Shown one piece after another: positions 54,988-64,000 of a stretch of DNA of 64,000 nucleotides. Origin of the DNA: an uncultured bacterium (GTDB lineage Bacteria; Verrucomicrobiota; Verrucomicrobiia; Limisphaerales; UBA8199); contig CAVVMW010000008.1 of assembly GCA_963749495.1 (NCBI GenBank), forward strand, positions 64,001 through 128,000, given 5' to 3'. The notes below the pieces were generated by a model. That model was given only the letters and a program-made list of their open reading frames with translations, was not told the origin of the DNA and made no database searches. The stretch's first letter is position 1. The number at the start of each line of letters is the position of its first letter. Both the position numbers and the translations under genes were made by a program.

Positions 54988-56166
54988 TCAAAGAGCCACG
55001 CTTTCCCACCGGGTTTGGCCCGCCGCCTCGATGGCCATCACCAGGGCTTCAAGCCAGTAACAGTCTCCCAGGCAAATGGGGGCACTGCGGGTGTAGCTCG
55101 CGAGGGTTGCGGCAGGGACCTGCGCCACCCACCGCTCGACGGGCACAATCATGCCCATCAACTCCGTCGGGATGCCCAGTCCCTCGTCGCCCGTCCACCG
55201 CGACCAGTAGGGCACTTCCCGCAGCCAGAACAACGGAAACTGCTTCAATCCCTGTTTATGGCGCTCCAGGGTTTCGGCCCTCACGTGCTCGGCCAGGTAG
55301 CGGCCAACCTCCGGGCTGAGATCGAGAAACATCCATCCCTGATAGACCAGGTTCTGCTGACGCGGCTCGTAACGCTCTGGCCAGTACTTCCGGGTGGCCG
55401 TCTCGACGGCGGTGAAATTGGTCCCCATCTGAAACGCGTTCAGCGCGTTGCTGACGGCTAACACCATCCGGGGCTTATCGTCAAAATGCCGGGCAATTCG
55501 CGCCATGGCGATATGCGCGCCCATCGTCCCGTAGAGATCGCCCTCGGCCGCCTTACGCGAGTAGAGTTCGGCGAGCTTGGAGTAACAGGTTTGAATCGTC
55601 GCCCAATCTCCGGAGCGGTCGGCATAAAGCCAAAGGCCGTAAAAGCTGCCCATCGTGGGTTTTCGCTTGCCCCACATGGACCGGTATCGGCACCATCCAC
55701 GCGGCTCATGAAAGGTGTGCAGTTCGCGTCGCGAACCCCGGTCCGGGGGGATGAAGCCTTTGAGCGCCCACGGCGCTCGTTGCTCATCTCCGATTTCAGC
55801 CCGGATGTAGCTCCTGACCTTGATGCGCTGGGAATCGGTCAAATGCGGCCACGCCATGGCCAGCGTGGTGACGATACGCCCACCCTGCCAGTACATGAAA
55901 TAGGGGTCCTGCTCCAGGTCCGCATAAACGGTCCGTATCGGCGCCAGCGGTCCGGCGGCAAGGACCTTGTCCACCTCGTCGCGGAGCTCGGTCACCAGGT
56001 TGCTCGCGGAGACGGGAACTGCCGAGCACCGGCAAGTCTCCCAGATGTACTTGTCCCAAGGGCCCTCGACGGCCCAGCCAGGCACCGGCTTGAAGCCCAC
56101 GTCAGCCAGGAACAATCCACAAATGAGGAGCATTGCCGGCCGCAGGGGTTGGTTCATGGTCTTCAT
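54988..56166 (-). CDS. Secreted hypothetical protein
   Basis: 392 aa, signal peptide, aromatic-rich helical body; overlaps the upstream gene by ATGA. Confidence 0.7.
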   Translation of the reverse strand: MKTMNQPLRPAMLLICGLFLADVGFKPVPGWAVEGPWDKYIWETCRCSAVPVSASNLVTELRDEVDKVLAAGPLAPIRTVYADLEQDPYFMYWQGGRIVTTLAMAWPHLTDSQRIKVRSYIRAEIGDEQRAPWALKGFIPPDRGSRRELHTFHEPRGWCRYRSMWGKRKPTMGSFYGLWLYADRSGDWATIQTCYSKLAELYSRKAAEGDLYGTMGAHIAMARIARHFDDKPRMVLAVSNALNAFQMGTNFTAVETATRKYWPERYEPRQQNLVYQGWMFLDLSPEVGRYLAEHVRAETLERHKQGLKQFPLFWLREVPYWSRWTGDEGLGIPTELMGMIVPVERWVAQVPAATLASYTRSAPICLGDCYWLEALVMAIEAAGQTRWESVAL

Positions 56167-57692
56167 GGCGCGCGGTGCTCGATGCAGGTCACGCAGTATT
56201 CCTCAGCAAACAGCAGCTTGTCCCCGGCGATGACTACAGCCTCGCGTCCTGCGAGCTCCGGTTGGGAGTGACGCGGCAGGCCGCGCGTGTCGCTGTAAAC
56301 CACGTCGGCCAGCCAGTTGCCTCCGTCCTGGGAACGCAACGCTGCCTGGATCGCGTGAGCGGTGCTGTGCTCCAGGTCGATGACCTTTGTCCCGCGAAAG
56401 CGCTGGCGCAGGTAGAGAAAAGGTCCGCCGGCGCTCAGCGCAAAGAGGTTGTCGCTCTCCCCGGTCGTGCCGCTGAGATGTCCGTTGTCAATGGGCACGC
56501 GCAACCCGGTCGCCAGGTCAATGGCCGAGATGTCCATCGAGTAACGCGTGCCGAACGCACCTTTGGCGGTCAGCGTGGGGTGCGCGGTTTTGAACCACGC
56601 CAGGACTCGGCCTGCGCCGTCCACCACCGGCGGCGGCGCGGGAGACCCACAGCCATCCGCTGCGCCGTTGGGCACCGTAAACGGTTCGGACAGGTCGGCG
56701 GCGCGGAGCACGAAAAGATGCTTCCAAGCTGGTGAGGCGTCCGACCATTGCCCGCCATTCGTATCGCCCGAGAGCCACCGCAGGATATTGGTTTGCTCGC
56801 TCCGAATATCCGGGCTGTCGCGCATCACGCCCTCCATCACGTACTCGCTGCCGACGCAGATCGGCTGGACGGTTTGCACGAACAACAATCCATGGTGCAA
56901 CACCGGGAACAGCATGCGGAAGGACTGGCCGTTGAGCCGGGTTTTGCCGAGGACCTGGCCGTTGGTGGGATCGAGTTTATGGAAGAATATGTTCTCGGCG
57001 CCCACGTAGAGAGCCGTATCGTCGCCACAGAGGTCACTGACCACAGGCGCGCCCAAGGACGGGCTGGTCCAGAGCAGCCTGCCCGTGGAAACCTCAACGG
57101 CATAGACCCGTCCGTCGTGGCATCCGGTGAAGGCCTTGTCGCCCACAACCAAAGGAGCGCCGGTGATAGCCTTGGGCGTATCCAGGTGCCAATGCAGGCG
57201 GCCGCTGGCCGCGTCGAACCCAGCCATGCCTCCAGGGATCGCCGTTGCAACCACGACATCCTGGGCGACGGCCAGCGCGGCGCAGGTGCCACCCGGGTTC
57301 GGGCTGGCCCAAAGCGCGCGGCCGTCCTGCAAAGCAATTGCATAGACCGTTCCGTCCATGTCACCGATGAACACCCGCCCCCCGGCAGCCACTGGCTGAG
57401 CGCGCCCGGCAAACGTGAAAGGAACCCGCTCGGGCATCGGGTAGTTCACGCCCGGCTTGGTCCCCACAGCCAGGTCGTTCGGCCACGTCGGATCCGCCGC
57501 CCGGTTGCGCAACGTCTTATCCGGCCCGCACCAGATCCAGCGTGCCTGGTAGGGAGGGGCAACCCCCTTCGACGCGCAGGCGGTGCGACCGGGATCGTGC
57601 GCCAATTGCGGCCAATCAGCGTTTTCGGCGCCTCCGGCCTGAACAGCGATCAGCAGAACCAAGGACAACCCGATTCCAAAAGGTGCTTTCAT
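56163..57692 (-). CDS. PQQ-binding-like beta-propeller repeat protein
   Basis: DWPQLAHDPGRT, repeats DGTVYAI..DGRALW, DAASGRLHW, DGRVYAV..TGRLLW. Confidence 0.85.
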   Translation of the reverse strand: MKAPFGIGLSLVLLIAVQAGGAENADWPQLAHDPGRTACASKGVAPPYQARWIWCGPDKTLRNRAADPTWPNDLAVGTKPGVNYPMPERVPFTFAGRAQPVAAGGRVFIGDMDGTVYAIALQDGRALWASPNPGGTCAALAVAQDVVVATAIPGGMAGFDAASGRLHWHLDTPKAITGAPLVVGDKAFTGCHDGRVYAVEVSTGRLLWTSPSLGAPVVSDLCGDDTALYVGAENIFFHKLDPTNGQVLGKTRLNGQSFRMLFPVLHHGLLFVQTVQPICVGSEYVMEGVMRDSPDIRSEQTNILRWLSGDTNGGQWSDASPAWKHLFVLRAADLSEPFTVPNGAADGCGSPAPPPVVDGAGRVLAWFKTAHPTLTAKGAFGTRYSMDISAIDLATGLRVPIDNGHLSGTTGESDNLFALSAGGPFLYLRQRFRGTKVIDLEHSTAHAIQAALRSQDGGNWLADVVYSDTRGLPRHSQPELAGREAVVIAGDKLLFAEEYCVTCIEHRAP

Positions 57693-60600
57693 GGCGTAGG
57701 AGACTTGAGCGGAGCCACCCGGAGCGAGACTTCGACCAAAACGGAACTATAGCCCTGCAGGGTGAAGACAACGGCGTCGTGCGCCGCATCCCGAAACGAG
57801 AGGCCAGGGACCTGGCTGAGCGGGGTCTCGGGCGCAAGCTCCGGCGGAATCTCGATCACCTTGGGCATTCCGACAGCGCGACGGCCCCACGAAAGGGCCA
57901 CCGCTTGCGCGGTGTCCCCGATGTTGGCCAGGCAAATGGCCAGCGCCGATTGGTCCTCGCTCAAGCCGGCGCAGGCCTGGATCTGCGTTCCGGGCGAGTT
58001 GTTCCTGGCGCTGGGCGGGCTGGGTGGACCCTGGACCCGGGCGCGCACCAACTTCGGGTAGTGGTTGGCGAAACGGCAGCAGATGTCCTTGACGGCATAA
58101 TACCGTCCCAGTCTCCAGAGCTGGCCTGCGGATTCGCAGAAAAACACATCCGGAAGATTGATCTCGGTCGGTCGCCCCAGCGCATCCGCTTTCCGCCCGC
58201 TGCAGAGGTTCACCGCGTGGTACTCAATGGCCTCGAATTGCCACCGGTCGGCCTGCTGGCAATGAACAATCCAGCCCAACACATCGGCCACCGCCTGATG
58301 GGAGCCTTCCCTGCCCCCGGCTGGATACCAGCCGCTGACGGCTTCCGGGCAGTAGGCCCACCACTCGCTGTTGACCAATTTGTTGGTGGTCCCATGCTCC
58401 AAGGCACGCAGGCAACCCAGCCACTCGTCAACCCCGGCCCGGTAGCCGGAAACCAAGCCGGGGTGCTTCAGGACAGGGTAGAAAATGCTATTGAAAATAG
58501 CCTGCACGCCGCCCGAGGGCGCTCCGGGCGTATTGAACGCGTTGCTCGCGGCCTGAAAACCGTAACAGTGCAGCGAGAGCGCATCCTGGTATTGGGTGTT
58601 GGGATTCGAAGCGGAGATTCGGCCCCGGGATAGCCGCGCAGATAACGCGGCGCTTCGCCGGCATTGGCACAGGCTGCGGATCGGAGTAAGAGCCGCCGCA
58701 AATCACCATGTGGGGATATTTGGCTTTGAGCGGGCGATAATAATCCTGTTGATGATTGGCCGCCCAATCGGCGCACAGGCGGTCGTAGTTCTTGAAATCC
58801 CTACTGTAATACCAGTAGGTGCCGGAATGAGAGCCCATCTGCCGATCGTTCATCGTGGCCAGCTCGTTGTAGACTTCAGCCAGACGCAGCTTGTCGGCCC
58901 CATGGACCGAGGCCAGGTAGTCGGCCCAATCCAGGCAATTCTGCACGCTCCAGGGGCCGGGGTCAGGGTCCACGCTGCTTGCCAGCTCCGTGGCGTTGGT
59001 TGTCCCCCGCGGCATCCCGGGCCAGGGGCCAACTCCGGCCATGTACTCGAGCATGACACCGCCGCCGTTGGCCGCCACAGCCCCGGCAGCGACTCGCCAG
59101 TCGTCGTAATGAGGGTCAGGTTTGCCCTGGTTGGGCGGCCGGCCCTGGCTGACCATCGAAGCGCCCAGAAAGCCCAGCTTCATCTCTCCGATGCAGGTGA
59201 GCCAGGTCTTGCCGTCAGGCGTCGTTCGTTTGGACCGCTCACGGTCGCTGGGATAGTCTCCGCCGGCGTAGTCGCTGGCATAAGCGGTGAGTTTTGCGCC
59301 CACACACCAGCGAGGCAGTTGGTAATACACGTCCTCCAGGCGGACCTCGACCGTGGCCGTTTTGATGGCCGCCGCGCAGGCGCGGCGCACGTATTCTTCA
59401 AAGGCCCAGTCGCCGCTGCCGCCGGTCTGGCGGGTGACGACCAAGTTGAGACTCGGCACGAAGGCGATGAGCTGCCCCCCCGAGCCGGGCTTAGCCCGGG
59501 CGTCAGCCGGGATGCCCTCCCCGCTGCGGCCGCTTTCGGGCCAGTGCCGCGCCGGCAGTTCCCAAGCATGCGAAAAGACCTGTGGGTTGAGTTTCCAGCG
59601 CAGTTCGGGAGTTTTGACCTCGCTGGTCGGTTTCGCCGTCTGGTCCACAAACCACTTGGGAATGACCTGATGGTTGTTCCAGCGGCCTTCGCGCAACAGG
59701 CAGTAAGCAATGCGTGCCAGATCGCACGCCGGCAGGCCCAACCCGTGCGAGGGGTGGCGGCCGATCCTGCCATCGTAATACTGAAACCACCAGTGCTCGA
59801 TCCCGAGCGGCTTGAACAGCACCTCGATGGCGAACTGGTCATAGGGCTTGCCGGTCACGTTCTCGCACACCAAAGCGGCGTGGTCCAGAGCGTGAGTTGA
59901 ATAACCGCAGCCCGCGCCGGGATCGAATGCCAGCTTTTCGGTGCGCGGGTCACCGGTGTGGCCCAGAATATAATCCCATGAACCGTCGTTGGGCGCGCCG
60001 GTGGCCTCGGGACAAATCCCGGAGGTATGATTGAGAAGCTGCTTGATGGTGATCTGAGCCTTGCGGGGATCACTCAGCGGCTGGGCCCAGGGGATGAAAT
60101 CGAAAGCGCGGTCGTCAAAGGTCATCTTGCGCGGGGTCCGGCCGTGTTGGCTCCACTCCGAGGCGACGGCCAGCACGGTGGCGCACACGGCTTTCGAAAC
60201 CGAGGCCACACGGCGCGAGTCGGTTGCGGCGCTATTGCCGCGTTCGACCTGCAAAACGATGTAGCCGCGCCGGATGATAACGGCAGCGAAATCGCGATCG
60301 TCTGATTTCAGGAGCCAGTCCCGCAGGCCGTCCAGTTTCGCGGGATCCATCCTTCCGACGGCCCGGATCTCCTCGGGCGCGGTGAGCCGGCGCCAGCCGC
60401 CTTGTGATTCGGGCGGCGGGAAGTAGTCGCGCGCGTTCACCTCCGTTGCGGGGTTCGCCCCAGCCGATGTCACCTTGTGCAATGCCGCGTAAAACACGGA
60501 GTCTGCCGGCAGCGCCCCGCCAAGGAAAACCGTGAGCCGGGCGTCGGTAGCGGTTTGGCGCGCCTGGAACCGGACGGTGTGTTCGGCCCAGTTCGTGCCA

Positions 60601-61310
60601 ATGGCGGGCAGCGTGGTTTCGGTGACGGCGTAAGCCGTCCACGGGGCGCCGCTTTTCATCAATGAAACTGACGCCAGCGTGCATGGCCGAGTGGCCTGGG
60701 CCCGAAAGGTGAAGAGATAATGCTCTCCTTCCTGCACCGTCAGGCCTGTAACAAACAGTTGCAGGTGGTTGGCCCGTCTGCCGGGATTCTGACAGGCCAA
60801 CCGGAGCACGGTTGCACCTTGATCTTTCTCCTTGGTGAGGGTGCAGGCCGCACCGGCTTCGTGGTGCAGCGACCATGGACCTGGGTTCAAATCGGCGTGA
60901 ACCCCGAGTGGCTCGAAGCGTAGAGGGACCGTTGCCCAAATGTCTTGGCCGGCAGGTTGCCAATCCTCGTCCCGATCGGCGGCGACCGAACCCAGGAGTA
61001 TAGGTTTGTCGCCTTCGCCAAAGGCACTGTAGGTGATGACCCCGCCGGCGTTGCCGCTGTGCGGCACGAGTTGGCCTCGCCAGGTCTGACCGCGACGAAA
61101 GAGCACTCGGTTGCCGGGAGCGAGCGTTGCTTGGTTCACCCTGGCGAGCGAGCGCCAGGCAGTTTCCGGTTTGAGCCCATCCTGAGCGTCATCGCCGCGC
61201 GTTGCGTCCACATAGAAGGCACGGACGGCTTGGGCACCGGCAGCCGTGGCTGCCACCATCCAAGCCAGCATAAGGCCCACTCCGACAATCCACGACGATC
61301 GATTCAGCAT
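57689..61310 (-). CDS. Multidomain secreted protein: beta-helix N-cap + CBM4/9-like + beta-lactamase-family serine hydrolase + GH-A-like barrel (frameshifts ~58590-58680)
   Basis: FYVDATRGDDAQDG..PETAWRSL; YLFTFRAQA; ASVSK (SxxK), LLNHTSG, YST; EVYNE; another frame gives DALSLHCYGF continuing into ORF 57689-58507. Confidence 0.65.
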
Positions 61311-61584
61311 AACACGTCGGACCGCCAGTATGTCCAGCGGTCCAGCCCCAGGCAAGCCTGGGGCAGGGCAGCTATTCTTTGGATAGGGCAAGATCACGAA
61401 GCGAACCTTTCGACTTGCTCCGGTTGCGGCCGGGGCATAAACTGCGGCTGTGAACCTGCAACGCCGAACGGCAGCCCAGAGACGGGCCCATGGCACACGT
61501 CTCCACCACGACCCGCAGGACGGTGGTGGCGGTGGAGGGTTCCGTCAGCGCCCCGAATATGCTGTGTGAAAGGAACAACGACTC

Positions 61585-62539
61585 ATGCAAACCCGCAAGC
61601 CACTTGAGGAGGGAATCAGATTAACCGACAGACGCAGCTTTTTGGCGCAGGTGGCTGGATTAGCCGCCGCCACTGCGTTGAGCCCCACGCGAGCTGTGGA
61701 GGCCGCCAAAACGTCGTTGGTTTCAGCGACATTGCCCACGATTCAAATCGGCAAGCACCGCATCAGCCGCTTGGTAGCCGGCTCCAACCCAATCCTGGGC
61801 TATTCATACTCCGGCCAGCACGCGGATCGGTATATGAATGATTACTTCACCCCCGAGCGCACCGTGGAGTTCCTCCAGAATTGCGAGCGCGCGGGCATCA
61901 CGGCCCACCAGTTTGCCGACCCCGACCGCGCGCTGCCCTACCTCCGTCCGCTGCGCGAGCGCGGGAGCCGGATGTCGTTTTTCTGCCTGGATTCGCAGCG
62001 CGAGAACATCAAGGACACGGTCGGGCGCACGCAGCCCATCGCCATGGTCCATCACGGCGGCGTGACCGACCGGCTCTTTGCCGAGGGCAAGGCCGGCCTG
62101 GTCCACGATTACGTCAAGGCGGCCCACGACTGCGGCGTGCTCGCCGGCGTCTCGGCGCACAATCCAGACTGTATCAAGCGCGTGGCTGACGAAGGTTGGG
62201 AGGTGGATTTCTTCATGACTTGCTTCTACTTCCTCACCCGCCAGATGGTAAACAAGGGCGCGGAGATTCCGATGCTCGATTTCGGCTTGCCGTTCTTTCG
62301 GGACGACCCCAAGGCGATGACGGAGGTGGTCCGCCAGGTGAAACAGCCGTGTTTGGGTTTCAAGATCCTCGGCGCCGGACGGCATTGTTCGAAACCAGCA
62401 GACCGTGCGTGCGGCGTTCAAGTTCGCCTTCGAGAACATCAAGCCCACCGACGGCGTCATCGTCGGGATGTTCCCGTGGTTCTTCGATGAAATCGGCGCC
62501 AACGCAGAGTACACGCGTGATCTGGGGAAGACGGCGTAG
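61585..62539 (+). CDS. Tat-exported aldo/keto-reductase-like TIM-barrel protein (frameshift ~62393)
   Basis: DRRSFL Tat motif, ISRLVAGSNP, GVSAHNP, FKILGAGR, then AFKFAFENIKPTDGVIVGMFP. Confidence 0.7.
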
Positions 62540-62561
62540 CGGCAAGGTACGCCCAGGGCTT

Positions 62562-62847
62562 GTGCTTAGCGCGGCCGACTACCTCATCGTCGTGGCCTAC
62601 TTCATCGTGACCGTTGCGCTGGGCTTGTACTTCGCGCGCAAATGGAAGGGCTCGGAGGTCGAGCTTTGTCGCCCTGGTTGTCGTGAGCCGGTTGACTCCT
62701 CCGCCGCCGGAGGCCGTGCGCAAGGGCGCGTTTGCTTTCGCCTGGATCGGCGGCGAGGGGGAGTCACCGCGTGATCTGAGATTTGCCGGGGCTTGGATGA
62801 TGGCCCTGTTCCTAATTGTCACCGCACTGTGGTGGTGTTTTCGCTAG
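62562..62847 (+). pseudogene. Sodium:solute symporter remnant (internal deletion)
   Basis: First TM LSAADYLIVVAYFIVTVALGLYFARK joined out of frame to a C-terminal VVSRLTPPP...LFLIVTALWWCFR. Confidence 0.65.
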
Positions 62848-62927
62848 AACACGCGGAGGTTCGGTACACGGCTCGGTGCGTCACGAATGTCCGAGACAAA
62901 AGGCTGCACCGCCTGCATAATTCGCAC

Positions 62928-64000
62928 ATGAAGGCCTACGGAGAATTCGAGGAGACGGCTTGGGAATGGACCCTGTTTCGCGTCCTGGTTTTGCTCGCCG
63001 GGTTCGGCGCCTCGACCTGGGGGTCCCTGGCGCAAAGCCAACCACTGGCTGACACCGCGCCCCTGACGATGTCAGGCGACATTGCTTCCAACCTCGTGGT
63101 GGGTGCCGATCGATTCCTGTTGCGCAAACTCGAGGAATCGGTGGTGGGGCGCGCCCGGTTCTGGCACAGGGATTTTTCCTCCTGGCAGGCGTACGAGCGT
63201 TCCCTCGCGACCAACCGGCAGCACCTGGCGCACATCCTGGGCGTGCGTGACCCGCGAGTCAGCCCGGTGGGACTTGAGTTGCTCGCGACTCCCACTCGCC
63301 CTGCACTCTGCGGGCGCGGCAAAGACTACGAGGTGTTTGCCGTCCGCTGGCCGGCCTTCGGTGATGTAACCGGCGAAGGCTTGCTGCTCACCCCGATCAA
63401 TCGCGCTCCGATCGCCAACATCGTCGCCCTTCCGGACGCCGACCAGATCCCTGAGCAACTGGTCGGCTTGAGCGAGGGCATTGCGCCCGAGAGCCAGTTT
63501 GCGCGGCGCCTGGCCGAGAGCGGATGTCGCGTCATCGTTCCCGTATTGATCGACCGCGGCGTCGATCCGCAGGCTTTGCTTTCGCACCGAGAGTTCATTT
63601 GCCGCTCGGCCTTTGAACTGGGCCGGCACCTGATCGGTTACGAGATTCAAAAAGTGCTGGCGGCCACAGACTGGATGGCCAACCAAACTCCCAATCCCGG
63701 CGTCAAAATAGGCGTGCTCGGCTGGGGCGAAGGCGGCCTGCTGGCGTTTTATGCCGGTGCGTTGGACACGCGCATCAATGCGGTGTGCGTCAGCGGATAT
63801 TTCGGTGATCGCCTCAAGCTCTGGCAGCAACCCGTCGACCGCAACGTCTTTGGCCTGTTGCGGGAATTTGGCGATGCGGAGCTCGCGGCCATGATTGCTC
63901 CGCGCAGCCTCATCATCGAAGCGGCCCGGGGGCCGGAGGTGACACTCCGGGGCGGGGGCGGGTGGGAGGCGCCCCAACGGTTCAACGGTGCGCCGGCCGT
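62928..64000 (+). CDS. Alpha/beta hydrolase (dienelactone hydrolase-like), runs off window end
   Basis: Manual translation from ATG 62928 is open to the end: EGLLL, FARRLAESG, GRHLIGYEIQKV, IGVLGWGEGGLLA, ALDTRI, SGYF, MIAPR. Confidence 0.8.
   Translation, partial: MKAYGEFEETAWEWTLFRVLVLLAGFGASTWGSLAQSQPLADTAPLTMSGDIASNLVVGADRFLLRKLEESVVGRARFWHRDFSSWQAYERSLATNRQHLAHILGVRDPRVSPVGLELLATPTRPALCGRGKDYEVFAVRWPAFGDVTGEGLLLTPINRAPIANIVALPDADQIPEQLVGLSEGIAPESQFARRLAESGCRVIVPVLIDRGVDPQALLSHREFICRSAFELGRHLIGYEIQKVLAATDWMANQTPNPGVKIGVLGWGEGGLLAFYAGALDTRINAVCVSGYFGDRLKLWQQPVDRNVFGLLREFGDAELAAMIAPRSLIIEAARGPEVTLRGGGGWEAPQRFNGAPA

Overview
High-GC bacterial DNA. Gene content and intergenic repeat style suggest Verrucomicrobiota (Pedosphaerales/Limisphaerales-like); this is inference. 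(1) 1-26785 is core-like: Gfo/Idh/MocA oxidoreductase, PAS kinase plus sigma-54 regulator, GT-C membrane protein, lipoate ligase, aceE-aceF-lpdA, a second E1alpha/E1beta/E2 dehydrogenase set, msrB, a second sigma-54 regulator, tig, Lon-N and DUF1844 genes. Its intergenic DNA is rich in heptamer arrays and REP-like palindromes. A probable defence islet (13606-17700) splits the two dehydrogenase clusters. It holds a DpnA-like MTase, a MutH-like nuclease and an unknown gene, facing a translationally coupled FRG + SET pair. (2) 26786-30674 holds nested IS elements: a Mutator-like element starting inside a REP palindrome, cut by a DUF4338-fused ISAs1 with 15-bp inverted repeats and no target duplication. 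(3) 30675-64000 is an accessory region of mostly secreted carbohydrate-active and uncharacterised proteins with deletion scars. It is interrupted by a ~1620-aa nuclease-STAND (Avs-like) gene beside a 15-codon comM/yifB remnant. About 15 genes, including aceE and tig, carry single-base frameshifts that are most likely long-read consensus errors, so several calls join ORF pieces. All family assignments come from motif recognition by eye; no searches were run.
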